From an uncultured Holophagales bacterium (GTDB lineage Bacteria; Acidobacteriota; Thermoanaerobaculia; Multivoradales; UBA5704), in assembly GCA_963842525.1 (NCBI GenBank), contig CAWJGT010000009.1, positions 1,216,001 through 1,280,000 on the forward strand: a stretch of 64,000 nt of DNA. The letters run 5' to 3'. The position numbers and the translations under genes are program-made. Positions 10,899 to 21,434 of this stretch are shown here, one piece after another. The notes beneath the pieces are model-generated. The model did not search any database and was not told the DNA's origin. It saw only the letters and a program-made list of their open reading frames with translations. The first letter of the stretch is position 1, and each line of letters starts with the position of its first letter.

Positions 10899-12287
10899 AT
10901 GTCGGAGCCCTCCCCCCCGATCCATCGCCCCCGTGTCGGGATGATCAGCCTTGGATGCCCGAAGAACCTCGTCGACAGCGAGGTGATGCTCGGGGAGCTT
11001 GCGCGCCGGGGGTATGAGGTCGTCAACGACCTGGAGAGCGCGGAGACGGTGGTGATCAACACCTGCGCCTTCATCGAGGAGGCCCAGCAGGAGTCGATCG
11101 ATACGATCCTGGAGGTCGTGGGGCGTAAGGGGAAGGGAGTCGAGAAGGTGCTGGTCGCCGGTTGCATGGTCAACCGGTTCGGCGACCAGCTTGCCAGGGA
11201 GATCCCCGAGATCGACGGCTTCGTGGGGCTCGACCAGCTCCGCGACGTGGGCAACGTGGTCCAACTCGGAGGCGGGCCGCCGCTGCCGGCGCCCTCGCAC
11301 CTGGTCTTCGACCACACCGCGCCGCGCATGCTCACCACCCGCGGCTTCGCCTACCTGAAGGTCGCGGAGGGGTGCAACAACCCGTGCACGTTCTGCGCGA
11401 TCCCCATCTGGCGCGGAAAGTTCCGCAGCCGCACGATCGAGGACCTGGTGGCCGAGGCCAAGCGGCTCGAAGAAGGCGGCATCGCCGAGCTGAACCTGAT
11501 CGCCCAGGACACCACCCGCTACGGCGAGGACTTGGGGATGCGCCGCCATGGGCTGCTGCGCCTGGTCGAGGCCCTGCTTGCCGGGACCTCGATCCCCTGG
11601 ATCCGGTTCCTCTACGCCTACCCGACCACGCTCGACGAGGATCTGCTGCGGCTCATGGGCACCGAGGAGCGCTTCTGCTCCTATCTCGACATGCCGCTCC
11701 AGCACAGCCACGGCGACATCCTGTCTGCCATGCGCCGGGGAGGCGATGCCAAGCGCTACCTCCGCCTGCTGGAGCGGGCTCGCGAGCTGGCACCCGATGT
11801 CTTTCTCCGCTCGACCTTCATCGTGGGCTTTCCCGGCGAGACCGAGGAGCATTTCCGCGATCTGCTGGGCTTCGTCCGGCAGGCCCGGTTCGACCACCTG
11901 GGCGGGTTCGCCTACAGCCCGGAGGAGGACACGCCCGGAGCGCAGCTCCCCAACCGGGTGCCGAAGAACGTGGCGCGGCGACGGCTGCGCCAGCTCCTGG
12001 AGGCCCAGAGGCCGATCGCCTTGGAGCAGCGCCGCCGGCTGGTCGGCCAGCGGCTGCGGGTCCTGGTCGAAGGCCCTTGCGAAGAGTCCGAGCACCTGCT
12101 CCAGGGGCGGCATCACGGCATGGCCCCGGAGATCGACGGCCGCCTGCTGATCAACGACGGCTCCGCCCCCGTGGGATCGCTGGTCGAGGTCGAGATCACC
12201 GAGGCCCATGCCGACGACCTCGTCGGGCACATCGTGGGCCCCGAAGGGCTCGCGGGCGTCGAGACCGCATCTGCGGTCACCGTGTAG
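10899..12287 (+). CDS. rimO: Ribosomal protein S12 methylthiotransferase RimO
   Basis: SLGCPKNLVDSE, INTCAFI, radical SAM motif EGCNNPCTFC, FIVGFPGET, APEIDG TRAM domain; TGTTATGCT extended -10-like motif at 10881. Confidence 0.95.
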   Translation: MSEPSPPIHRPRVGMISLGCPKNLVDSEVMLGELARRGYEVVNDLESAETVVINTCAFIEEAQQESIDTILEVVGRKGKGVEKVLVAGCMVNRFGDQLAREIPEIDGFVGLDQLRDVGNVVQLGGGPPLPAPSHLVFDHTAPRMLTTRGFAYLKVAEGCNNPCTFCAIPIWRGKFRSRTIEDLVAEAKRLEEGGIAELNLIAQDTTRYGEDLGMRRHGLLRLVEALLAGTSIPWIRFLYAYPTTLDEDLLRLMGTEERFCSYLDMPLQHSHGDILSAMRRGGDAKRYLRLLERARELAPDVFLRSTFIVGFPGETEEHFRDLLGFVRQARFDHLGGFAYSPEEDTPGAQLPNRVPKNVARRRLRQLLEAQRPIALEQRRRLVGQRLRVLVEGPCEESEHLLQGRHHGMAPEIDGRLLINDGSAPVGSLVEVEITEAHADDLVGHIVGPEGLAGVETASAVTV

Positions 12288-12352
12288 ACCTGCTAGACTC
12301 CCGCGCCGATGCGGGGCCGGCCGGCTCCGCCCACCCGGAGCCACCCTGGTCC

Positions 12353-13321
12353 ATGCTTGTCGTCGACGACGCGTACAACAGCACAGATCTGCCGCGTGGT
12401 GTGATCGCGACCATCGGCAACTTCGACGGCGTCCACCGCGGCCAGCGCGCCATCCTCGACCAGGTGGTGCAGCGCGCCGAGGAGCTGGGTGTCCCGTCGG
12501 CCCTGATCACTTTCGACCCCCATCCTCTCGCGGTCCTGCGGCCCGACCAGGCGCCGGTCACTCTCACGACACGGCAGCAGAAGGAAAAGCTGATCGAGGA
12601 GGCGGGCGTCTCGGTGCTCCTGGTCCTGCGCTTTACTCCTGACTTCGCGCGCCTCCCGGCCCGCCAGTTCGTGCGCGACTTCCTCCATGCGCGGCTCGGC
12701 GTCCAGGAGGTCTGCGTCGGCGCCACCTTCACCTTTGGTCACGGGCGGGAAGGGAATCTGGAATTGTTACAGGAGATGGGAGGGGAGCTCGGCTTCCAGG
12801 CCTGTGGGGTCGAGGAGGTGCTCTACCAGGGCGATCGGATCTCCAGCACCCGCATCCGCAGGGCCATCACCGAAGGGAAGGTCGGGGATGCCGCGGCCAT
12901 GCTGGGACGTCCCTATGCGGTCGCCGGCAAGATCGTGCGCGGCGACCGCATGGGAAAGCGGCTCGGCTGGCCGACGATCAACCTGCAATGGGACAACAAG
13001 CTGCTGCCGCTGGACGGCGTCTATGCCGGGCGGGTCTTCTTCCCGAGCTATCCTGCCACCTTCGACTGCGTGACCAACATCGGCACGCGGCCGACGGTCT
13101 ATGAGAACTACCAGCGGGTCGTGGAGAGCCACATCCTGGACTTCAAGTCCGACGTCTACGGCGAGCGGGTGGAGCTCTCCTTCTACAAGCGGTTGCGCGA
13201 GGAGCGGATCTTCCCCAACGTGATGGACCTCTCGGCCCAGATCGCCCGGGACGTGGAGGCCACGCGGGAGTACTTCGCGCGGCGGCGGCTGGAACAAGAA
13301 GGGGCGACGATCGAGTTGTAG
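12353..13321 (+). CDS. ribF: Bifunctional riboflavin kinase/FAD synthetase
   Basis: IGNFDGVHRGQ, TFDPHP, ISSTRIR, GWPTIN, NIGTRPT, ESHILDF. Confidence 0.95.
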   Translation: MLVVDDAYNSTDLPRGVIATIGNFDGVHRGQRAILDQVVQRAEELGVPSALITFDPHPLAVLRPDQAPVTLTTRQQKEKLIEEAGVSVLLVLRFTPDFARLPARQFVRDFLHARLGVQEVCVGATFTFGHGREGNLELLQEMGGELGFQACGVEEVLYQGDRISSTRIRRAITEGKVGDAAAMLGRPYAVAGKIVRGDRMGKRLGWPTINLQWDNKLLPLDGVYAGRVFFPSYPATFDCVTNIGTRPTVYENYQRVVESHILDFKSDVYGERVELSFYKRLREERIFPNVMDLSAQIARDVEATREYFARRRLEQEGATIEL

Positions 13322-13387
13322 ACTTCGACATGGCGGGCCGGCCACCGCTCCGGCGGCACACCGGACCCGCCCCAGAGGGAGACAAAC

Positions 13388-13717
13388 ATGGCCAGTGACA
13401 AGATCTTTGCAATCACCGAGCAGAACTTCGAGGCCGAGGTGCTCAAGTCGGAGACGCCGGTGCTGGTGGATTTCTGGGCCGCCTGGTGCGGCCCGTGCCG
13501 GATGGTGGCGCCGCTGCTGGACGAGCTCGCCGATGAGAACGACGGCAAGGTGCGCATTGCCAAGCTCAACGTGGATGAGAACCAGGAGCTCGCTTACAAG
13601 TTCCAGGTCTCGAGCATCCCGACCTTCATCCTGTTCAAGAACGGAGAGATGGCGGACCGTATGATGGGCGCCATGCCCAAGTCCGCCTTCCAGGGCTTCA
13701 TCGACCGGAACACCTAA
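13388..13717 (+). CDS. trxA: Thioredoxin
   Basis: VDFWAAWCGPCRM, SIPT. Confidence 0.96.
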   Translation: MASDKIFAITEQNFEAEVLKSETPVLVDFWAAWCGPCRMVAPLLDELADENDGKVRIAKLNVDENQELAYKFQVSSIPTFILFKNGEMADRMMGAMPKSAFQGFIDRNT

Positions 13718-13722
13718 ACCGC

Positions 13723-14940
13723 ATGGCGAGCCGCCTTGCGGATCTGTCCGCCGGGCTGGCGGAGCTGGGCTGTGAGGCCCTGCTCGTGCTGGCCCGGTCG
13801 GCGCAGGACCCGGACCTCGCACCCTTCGTCGGCTCCGTCCACCTCGGGGAGTGCCAGCTCGTGGCTCCCCGTGGTGGACCGGCCCATCTCGCCTATCTCA
13901 CCCCCATGGAACGGGACGAGGCGGCCTCGACGGGCCTCGCCCTGATCACGCCCGAGAACCTCGACCTCGCCCAGCGGTCGAGCGAAGCCTCCGAGCCGCA
14001 GGATCTTCTCGCCGAAGTCGCCGGCAAGTCGCTGGCGCGAGCCGGCCTCGCGCCGGGCCGCATCGCATTGGCCGGGCACGGCCCCGCCGGAGTGATCCAG
14101 GCCGCCTGCGCCCGCCTCGCCCGCGAGGGCTGGGTCTTCGTACCTGGCAACGGGCTCGTCCTCGCCGCCCGCAAGCGCAAGACCCCGGCCGAGGTTGCGG
14201 AGATCCGGACCGCCGCCGAGGGGACCTGCGCCGCACTGCGCTCCGTGGCCCGGCTGCTGGCCGCAGCCGTTGTCCGGGAAGGAGAGCTGTGGCTGGAGAG
14301 CGAGCCTCTGCGTGTTGCTCGTCTCCGTGCCGAGGTCGGCCAGGTCCTGGCCGGGCTCGGGCTGGAGCAGCCGCGCGGGAACATCATCGCTCCGGCGGAG
14401 GAGGGTGCAGTGCCGCACTCGACCGGCACGCCCGACCGCATCCTCCGCGCCGGCGAGTCGCTGGTCGTCGACCTCTTCCCCCGCAACGCCCTGTTCGCCG
14501 ACTGCACCCGCACCTTCTGCGTCGGAACCCCTGCGCCGGCGCTGGCCCGTGCCCATGCCGCGGTCCTGGAAACGCTCGAAGAGGCGCATCTGCGCGCCGC
14601 TCCCGGCGTCCGCGGCTGGGACCTTCAGGAGACCGTCTGCGTCCGCTTCACGGCGCACGGCTACCTCACCCCGATCTCGGATCCCGGCACCACCAGCGGC
14701 TATGTCCACAACCTCGGCCACGGGGTGGGCTTCGACCTCCACGAGCAGCCGATCTTCAAGAAGGTCTCGGGAGCCGAAGGAGTCCTCCGCGAAGGCGACG
14801 TCTTCACCCTGGAGCCGGGGCTCTACCATCCGGACGAGAGGCATGCGGTGCGTCTGGAGGACCTGGTCTGGCTGGGGCCGGACGGGCCGGAGAGCCTGAC
14901 GCCGCTGCCGCACGACCTCGACCCGCGCGCGTACGGCTGA
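13723..14940 (+). CDS. M24 family (Xaa-Pro) metallopeptidase
   Basis: VVDLFP, ADCTRT, HNLGHGVGFDLHE, TLEPGLY, RLED. Confidence 0.9.
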   Translation: MASRLADLSAGLAELGCEALLVLARSAQDPDLAPFVGSVHLGECQLVAPRGGPAHLAYLTPMERDEAASTGLALITPENLDLAQRSSEASEPQDLLAEVAGKSLARAGLAPGRIALAGHGPAGVIQAACARLAREGWVFVPGNGLVLAARKRKTPAEVAEIRTAAEGTCAALRSVARLLAAAVVREGELWLESEPLRVARLRAEVGQVLAGLGLEQPRGNIIAPAEEGAVPHSTGTPDRILRAGESLVVDLFPRNALFADCTRTFCVGTPAPALARAHAAVLETLEEAHLRAAPGVRGWDLQETVCVRFTAHGYLTPISDPGTTSGYVHNLGHGVGFDLHEQPIFKKVSGAEGVLREGDVFTLEPGLYHPDERHAVRLEDLVWLGPDGPESLTPLPHDLDPRAYG

Positions 14941-14994
14941 ATTTCAGCCTGCTGCTCGGCGGCAACATACGCCTCGCCGATGCGGTGGTCAGTT

Positions 14995-15011
14995 GTACCA
15001 GTCTCTGGTAC
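14995..15011. promoter_or_regulatory. Inverted repeat upstream of the yefM-like gene, probable autoregulatory operator
   Basis: GTACCAG-tct-CTGGTAC, 10 bp before the antitoxin start; resembles TGTACA-type YefM operators. Confidence 0.5.
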
Positions 15012-15021
15012 CATTCCCGCC

Positions 15022-15294
15022 ATGAGAGAGATGTCAGCTCACGATTTCCGGAGCCACCTTCGCAGCGCGGTCGAGAAGGTAGTGGAAGACCACGTTCCTC
15101 TCCGTGTCAAGAGGCGTGGTGGGCAGGATTTTGTGGTCGTCAGCGCCGAGGATTGGGAGCGGGAGCAGGAGACGCTGTACATCCTTCAGAACAAGTCGCT
15201 CATGGAGCAGATCGAGCGCTCGCTGAAGACCCATCGGGAAGGGACAGGCTACCGTCCCTCCCCGGAGGAGCTGGATGCGCTCGATCGTGTTTGA
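15022..15294 (+). CDS. yefM: Phd/YefM family antitoxin
   Basis: FRSHLRSAVEKVVEDHVPLRV...VVVSAEDWEREQETLYIL. Confidence 0.88.
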   Translation: MREMSAHDFRSHLRSAVEKVVEDHVPLRVKRRGGQDFVVVSAEDWEREQETLYILQNKSLMEQIERSLKTHREGTGYRPSPEELDALDRV

Positions 15295-15541
15295 AGGCGA
15301 CACCTGGGAGCGCTACGAGGATCTGCGCCAGCGCGAACCCGCGTTGCACCGTGTCCTCTGCCGGCAGATCAAGGAGATGCAGCGGGGAGACCCTGCCAGC
15401 GGCGCCGGCAAGCCCGAGGCTTTCAAGCACGCCCTGAGCGGATGCTGGTCCCGCCGGCTCTCCCTCAAGGACCGGCTCATCTACCGGTTCAACGACGAAA
15501 ACCTCTACGTGATCGCCATCGGCGGGCACTACGAAAGCTAA
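15275..15541 (+). CDS. yoeB: Txe/YoeB family toxin
   Basis: GKPEAFKHALSGCWSRR...DRLIY...GHY; overlaps the antitoxin gene. Confidence 0.9.
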   Translation: MRSIVFEGDTWERYEDLRQREPALHRVLCRQIKEMQRGDPASGAGKPEAFKHALSGCWSRRLSLKDRLIYRFNDENLYVIAIGGHYES

Positions 15542-15560
15542 CTGCTCTGAGGATTCTCAA

Positions 15561-16493
15561 ATGCATACCGACGCCGAGCCGGAAACACCAGAGAGCACCT
15601 GGCCCTCGCTTCCCTATGCGGACTGGCGGGACACCTACGCGACCCTGCACCGCTGGTCGCAGATCGTCGGCAAGACACGCCTCGCGCTGGCGCCGATGGT
15701 GAACCATTGGTGGCAGGTACCCTTCTACGTGAGCGCTCGCGGGCTGACCACGTCGGCCATGCCCTACGGCGGGAGGCACGAGGTCGAAATCGAGTTCGAT
15801 TTCCTCGCCCATGAGCTGGTTTTCCGCACCAGCGAAGGAGAACGGCGCGCGATGCCGCTCGTCGCGCGCAGCGTCGCCGACTTCTATGCGGAGTACATGA
15901 GCATTCTCGATGGGCTCGGCGTCGGCGCAAAGATCTGGCCGGTGCCGGTGGAGCTACCGGACGCGGTGCCGTTCGCCGACGACCGCGAGCACGCGGCATA
16001 CGATCCGGCAATGGCCCAGCGCTTCTGGCAGGTGTTGATCCAGGCGGACCGGGTCTTCCAGTCCTTCCGCGGGGAGTTCCTCGGCAAGTCGAGCCCGTCG
16101 CACCTCTTCTGGGGGGCTCTCGATCTAGCCGTAACGCGCTTTTCAGGCCGGACAGCACCGCCGCATCCCGGCGGCATGCCGAACGTCGGCGACTGGGTGA
16201 TGCGGGAAGGCTACTCGCATGAGCTGTCGAGCGCCGGCTTCTGGCCAGGTGGCGAGCCGCTTCCGGAGCCGGTGTTCTACTCCTACGCCTACCCGACCCC
16301 CGAAGGTTTCGCCGACGCTCCTGTCCGTCCTGAAGGAGCCTACTTCCATGCCGGGATGGGGGAGTTCGTCCTCCCCTACGAGACCGTGCGGTCTGCGGCG
16401 GATCCCGATGCCGCTCTCCTCGACTTCCTCCAGAGCACCTACGAGGCCGCTGCCAACGCGCTGCATTGGGATCGAAGCGCGCTGGAGCGCTAG
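15561..16493 (+). CDS. Conserved protein, DUF5996-like
   Basis: WPSLPYADWRDTYATLHRWSQIVGK, NHWW, DLAVTRFSGR, YSHELSSAGFWPG. Confidence 0.8.
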   Translation: MHTDAEPETPESTWPSLPYADWRDTYATLHRWSQIVGKTRLALAPMVNHWWQVPFYVSARGLTTSAMPYGGRHEVEIEFDFLAHELVFRTSEGERRAMPLVARSVADFYAEYMSILDGLGVGAKIWPVPVELPDAVPFADDREHAAYDPAMAQRFWQVLIQADRVFQSFRGEFLGKSSPSHLFWGALDLAVTRFSGRTAPPHPGGMPNVGDWVMREGYSHELSSAGFWPGGEPLPEPVFYSYAYPTPEGFADAPVRPEGAYFHAGMGEFVLPYETVRSAADPDAALLDFLQSTYEAAANALHWDRSALER

Positions 16494-16555
16494 GTCCCTG
16501 GCCGCGCAGGGTTCGGCGCCAGCCAGGTGTAGACGATCAAGTGCCGGGCGTTCAT

Positions 16556-16607
16556 GTAGGGGCGGCCCTTGTGGCCGCCCTCCGGAAGGGCACCCACAAG
16601 GTGCGCC
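16556..16607. repeat. GTAG-type REP hairpin with a degenerate inverted partner (REPIN-like)
   Basis: GTAG-GGGCGGCC-cttgt-GGCCGCCC followed by GGGCACCCACAAGGTGCGCC. Confidence 0.65.
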
Positions 16608-17417
16608 GGGAAAATAAGGTGCTTGACAAGAACGGCCCACATAGAAGGTGATTCGGCAGGCCCGGCGGGGGCCTTCCACGTGGTCTGGAGGCGCCTCGTC
16701 TTGGGCAGATCGACCTCCCAGACCTGCTCCAGCTAGCGGCAGCTTCCTCGGGCCAGACGGTCTGCGGCTGCACACCCTCCATCGTCCGCGACGGTCCGAG
16801 GCAGAGGAGACCCCCTGGCCGTACGATGACCAGCCGTTGCTGCGGCTGGGCTGATCACCGTGCAGCCTCGTTACCCCTTTCGATTTCCTAGAATTCAAGG
16901 AGTTGGCTTTTGAGCAGAGGTTGCTTCAGTGGTAAGGAGGAGGCCGACGCTGGGGTGGGATTGCCAAAGATCGGGTGACAAGACCAATGCCCGATACACG
17001 CTGTGAGCCTGCACCTCGAACGGGTGGGCTTCGCACTGTAGCTGGTAAGATCGCCGCGCCATGAAACACCCAATTCGCATCCAGTCCCAAGTCAGCCGCA
17101 ATCCGGAGCTTTCCGTCGACCAGTTCACCGTGATGCAAAGGCAGAGGCCGTTCCTGATCATGAACGGCGCGATGTACAGCAATTCGAGCGCTTCGAATTC
17201 CTCGCAGCTCCTGCCGTTCGAATCCACTCCGATCACCGTGGGGGTCCGGATGACCTTCGAGGGGCAGGGGCCGGGTGGGCGGGACATCGGCGGCGGTATG
17301 ATCGAACGTGCTGGAATCTGATGACGAATCAGGCGATGGTGAAGGGGCTGTTCGGGCAGTGAGGGTCTGATCCCGGCAGCTTCCTTTCGAATCGCTGCCG
17401 GGCACCCGGTACCGCTG

Positions 17418-17714
17418 TCAGGCGGGGTTGTCGCCAGCGTCAGGCTGAGCCGGAGCCGGATTACCGGCCGAAAGCTCTTGCAGGTTGGCGACCAGGCTCT
17501 TGCCGGTGACCGACGTCGCATAGGAGTTGGCGGCCACCAGAAGCAGCCCGAGGGGGCCGAACGCGATCCTGGCGATCGTTCCGCCAATGAAGTGGAGCGC
17601 GCCTTCGCCGACCTTGCCATCCAGGAGAAGGCTCGCTCCCGGAGCTACGGTCTCGCCAGCGAGCTTCAAAGCGCGGGACAAAAGGACGCTAGTGGACGAT
17701 TCGGACTGTGGCAC
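17418..17714 (-). CDS. Small hydrophobic protein, DUF6072-like
   Basis: GTG start with GGAGG RBS; KLAGETVAPGASLLLDGK...GLLLVAANSYATSVTGK. Confidence 0.6.
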   Translation of the reverse strand: MPQSESSTSVLLSRALKLAGETVAPGASLLLDGKVGEGALHFIGGTIARIAFGPLGLLLVAANSYATSVTGKSLVANLQELSAGNPAPAQPDAGDNPA

Positions 17715-17986
17715 GGCGTTGCCTCCCATCATCGTCTGTGCTTGTTGATGAGCCTCTTTATACCACATCCGGCGGAGAGGTGAAAGTCCTCTCGCCTCTA
17801 CAAGTGCGCCAGACCCCATCTTCCGCGACAGCGCCGCCCTCGCCCCTGAAATGAAAACCGGTGGCCGGTCACAGACTTGGTACAGCGGGCGAACTAGCCG
17901 AGGTCGCCCGATCCTCCCGACGTTTGCCGAGCAGACGTTCACGCGTGGATTCGTCGGGGACCAAGAATTCAACAAGGAGTGATCCC

Positions 17987-20389
17987 ATGAGAAACCGCCT
18001 TGATTTGCCGCGTTGGACCCCCTTCGCCCTTATGTTCGTCCTCATCCTGTTGCCCTGGGTGGTCGGCGCACAGCCCTTCCCAAGTGATCCATTCCTCGGC
18101 GAGTACCCGGACGTCGGTCCCGTCAGCCCTTTGCACTTCCGGACCTTTCAATGGCCGCTTGGCTTCGAGAGCTACGGCCCTCGGACGCACGTCAATGCCG
18201 GCACAGCTTGGAGCTACAACCCTGGCCACGCCTATCTCGGCATCCTCGACCATGGTTTCGCGTATCACCTGAATGGCACCGGGCCGATCCTTGTCCATCC
18301 GGACCTGGATGCCAACTTCCGCCGGCATCTTTCTCCCTGGTCTCATATATGGCAGCCCGGTGATGATCTTCAATTACTCGGCCTTGCCGAGGACAACCCC
18401 CCCCACCCCTACGGCCACGGAATGCACGTCGCGGGCATCGCTGCCGGAGTCGAGAACGGCCAGGGCATCGTGGGCATCTGCAGACAATGCAGCACGCTGC
18501 TGGGCAACCTTTCTCGTATTTATGACAGCACCGACTATGGGGCGAGCAGCGTGCACGTGCATACGTGGCCAGCGAAATGGCTGCAGGCGTTGATCGAGCG
18601 CGGAGCGCAGGTCGTCAACATGAGCTTCGGCAATCAAGACGAGGCCACGTACCCGAACATGCGCGCAGTGATCGAGGGGATCGCCGCCGAGCGCGACGTG
18701 GTCCTGGTTGCCGCCGCTGGCAATGACGGCATCGGGAATGCAGACTTTCCGGCGCGCCACCCCTACGTGATCGGGGTTGCGGCCTCCAGCCCGCAGGGGC
18801 TGCGGTGGGACGAGCTCGGGCCACAGTGCCGGCAGGCGGGCGAATGCGCTTCCAACTATGGAATGAACGTGACTGTGGGAGCCCCGGGCCAGGACGTGCT
18901 ATCGGCGTGGATTCCTGGCGCCAACAACAATACCGCCAACCCGATGGCGTCCCTCTGTGGCGACGCTCTCCACAGCCAGGAGATGGGTGCCGGCATGGTC
19001 CATCCGGCGGCGACGCAGGCGGACGGCTTCGGCCTGTGTACGGGGACCTCCATGGCCGCCCCCCACGTGACGGGGGTGGCAGGTCTGGTGCGCTCGGTCA
19101 ACCCGTTGCTGCCGGCGGCGCAGGTGCGGTCGGTCATCGAAAGCACGGCTGCGCCGACCGACGCGAACTTGGGATTCGGCGTGGTCAACGCCGGTGAGGC
19201 GGTCGAGAAAACCTTGGGCCAGGTGAGGGGGGTACAGGTCAGAAACCGGCTGACTCCTCTCTTCAGTCTCTACAGCCCGTTGGCGGAAGATCTCTTCTAT
19301 ACGACCGTTCCGCAGATGGCGACGGCGGCGATCCAGGACGTGCGGCGGCCGCAGTATTCGGTTCCCGGGGATCCGGCGAGTTGGCCATTCTCGGAAGCCT
19401 CACCCTACAGCAGCGCCGCCGACCCTGCGGTCGGATTCGCCTATACGGCTTTTCCGGGGGGCGGCGCACAGGTCCCCGCGGCAGCCGTCTACCTCTTCAC
19501 GGGCGACGTCAACCCGCTCACCGGCGACCGCGACCTGATATCGCTCTACCGTCTTAGCTACGTGGCGGCATCGGCGACCAATCCGAACAATCGAGATCAC
19601 GCCTACGTCACCGACGCTGCCGGCATCTCCGCCTACCAGTCGGTGGGGTACAAGCTCGACGGGATCGAGGGCTACCTCGTACGGTCCAGTGCCGCTCAGC
19701 CAGCAGGCACCGTCCGCCTTCTGCGGCGTTACAATCCCGGCCGTGACGACCATGCCATTTTTCCCGAAAGCCAACTCGCCGCCATGGCGGCCCAGGGCTA
19801 CACAGACGGTAACCTGGTGCTCGGCTACGTGTATCCGAACCAGGACACGGACAGCGACGGTCTGATCGACGGTTTCGAAACCGCCATTCTGGGCACAGAT
19901 ACCAGCCGCGCCGATTCCGATTGCGATGGAGCGAACGATGGCGCCGAGTATCCGCTGACGGGCTTGCCGGTGAGCGATCCGCTGGATGGCCAATGCCAGC
20001 CACGCAGCGACCTCGCCGTCAGACTGCTCACGACGAAAATCCGGCCGGATGGAGTGGATCTGAGCTTCCGCCTGACCAATCTCGGTCCGAACGGTTCGGC
20101 GGCGACTACAGGTGCGATCTCGTTCTCGTCGGACGCAGGGTATGGCGTTTCGGCACCCACGGGGTGCGTCCTCACTTATGCCTCCAAGCGATATGGTACG
20201 GGTCTGGCCTATGCATGCCCATTCCCGACGCTCGTGCCTCTCGCGAAGTACGATTTCGTGTTCACGATTACGACTTTCGGCAAGGGGCCCGCTCTCTCCG
20301 TGGAAGGCTCGGTGCCAGTCGATCAGCCGGTGGTGGATCCGAATGGCGCCAACAACACCGCAGTGACGACTCTTAAAGGAGACGGGTAG
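17987..20389 (+). CDS. Secreted S8 subtilase with C-terminal accessory domains
   Basis: Signal peptide; catalytic motifs ILDHG, HGMHVAG, AAAGN, GTSMAAPHVTG; then YRL/DH repeats, a DTDSDGLIDG Ca-binding-like motif and a DUF11-like end (DPNGANNTA). Confidence 0.88.
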   Translation: MRNRLDLPRWTPFALMFVLILLPWVVGAQPFPSDPFLGEYPDVGPVSPLHFRTFQWPLGFESYGPRTHVNAGTAWSYNPGHAYLGILDHGFAYHLNGTGPILVHPDLDANFRRHLSPWSHIWQPGDDLQLLGLAEDNPPHPYGHGMHVAGIAAGVENGQGIVGICRQCSTLLGNLSRIYDSTDYGASSVHVHTWPAKWLQALIERGAQVVNMSFGNQDEATYPNMRAVIEGIAAERDVVLVAAAGNDGIGNADFPARHPYVIGVAASSPQGLRWDELGPQCRQAGECASNYGMNVTVGAPGQDVLSAWIPGANNNTANPMASLCGDALHSQEMGAGMVHPAATQADGFGLCTGTSMAAPHVTGVAGLVRSVNPLLPAAQVRSVIESTAAPTDANLGFGVVNAGEAVEKTLGQVRGVQVRNRLTPLFSLYSPLAEDLFYTTVPQMATAAIQDVRRPQYSVPGDPASWPFSEASPYSSAADPAVGFAYTAFPGGGAQVPAAAVYLFTGDVNPLTGDRDLISLYRLSYVAASATNPNNRDHAYVTDAAGISAYQSVGYKLDGIEGYLVRSSAAQPAGTVRLLRRYNPGRDDHAIFPESQLAAMAAQGYTDGNLVLGYVYPNQDTDSDGLIDGFETAILGTDTSRADSDCDGANDGAEYPLTGLPVSDPLDGQCQPRSDLAVRLLTTKIRPDGVDLSFRLTNLGPNGSAATTGAISFSSDAGYGVSAPTGCVLTYASKRYGTGLAYACPFPTLVPLAKYDFVFTITTFGKGPALSVEGSVPVDQPVVDPNGANNTAVTTLKGDG

Positions 20390-20391
20390 TC

Positions 20392-20944
20392 GTGCGCGGC
20401 GACGTGGATGGCGTGGTGCTGACAGGTGTGTCGCACACCATAGCCCCTGCCTTGGGGGAGGCCTTGGCGGCTCTGTATCCGGCGAGCCTCGATCCACGCT
20501 TTTCCGGGCAGAGCATCCCGGATGGCTATCTCACCACCCAAACCCGGCGATCGCACCCTCTTCTACCATCTGCCGTCGGCCGACCCCCTGGTCATCGCGC
20601 TCGACGAGCAGACCAAGGAGACCGTCACCACGGGTGAGCTCGACACGGCTCTGCCCGCGCTCGGCCTGTCGAGCGCGATCCACGTTCCGGTGCTCGTGGT
20701 CGTCGGCGATTTCGATCTGGCGTTCTGCGAAGAGCCGTCGTGCTCGGGGTCCGGCAGCCTCGCCGGCGAGCCGAGCTTCTACCCGGCGGATGCCTGCGCC
20801 GAGACGGCGATCATCCCTGGAGCGGGGCACGACCTGAACCTGCACTTTCAGGCCCAGATCGCATATGACGCCGTGCTGGAGTGGATGGACCGGCGCGTCG
20901 GCCGCAACACGAAGGCTCCGCCGCCGTCTCCCTGCCAGCCGTAG
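20392..20944 (+). pseudogene. C-terminal fragment of an alpha/beta hydrolase
   Basis: DVDGVVLTG...GYLTT, PVLVVVGDFD, GAGHDLNLH. The N-terminal half with the nucleophile is missing; frameshift at ~20537. Confidence 0.65.
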
Positions 20945-21352
20945 CTTCCCTCGGGCCAGAGAAGCTTGCGACGGCACAGAGAAGCTTGCAATGGGCCAGC
21001 GAAGTTTGCAGCGGGCCGTTGGAAGCTTCTTTCGGGCCAGCGAAGCTTGCACTGGCGCAACGAAGCTTCCGTCGGTCCAGGGAAGCTTGCAGTGGCGCAG
21101 AGAAGCTTGTGACGGGCCAGCGAAGCTTGCAGTCGTCCAGGGAAGCTTGCCATGAGCCGTTGGAAGCTTCCGTCGAGCCAGGGAAGCTTGCAATGGCGCA
21201 GAGAAGCTTGTGACGGGCCAGCGAAGCTTGCAGTGGTCCAGGGAAGCTTGCCATGAGCCGTTGGAAGCTTCCGTCGGGCCAGCGAAGCTTGCAATGGCAC
21301 AGCGAAGCTTGCGACAGGCCAGCGAAGCTTGCAGTGCGACGTTGCAGGCTTC
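20942..21352. repeat. 20-21-bp period tandem array with GAAGCTT core (~19-21 units)
   Basis: AAGCTT at 20962, 20982, 21023, 21043 ... 21325; higher-order ~101-bp duplication. Confidence 0.92.
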
Positions 21353-21434
21353 CGTTGAGTCAGGGAGGCTTGGGGCGGCGGGACGGAGGGAGAAAAGCCG
21401 GAGGCGTGCCCAGGGCATGCCTCCGGCAGGGGGA

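Noticed and set aside
16648-17321. Short ORFs 16648..16854 and 17061..17321
   Set aside because: No recognisable motif or convincing RBS; possibly gene remnants.
20942-21352. AAGCTT array as a CRISPR array or a repeat protein
   Set aside because: The core is only ~7-9 bp, the 13-14-nt linkers are themselves repeated, and the 20-bp period shifts frame.
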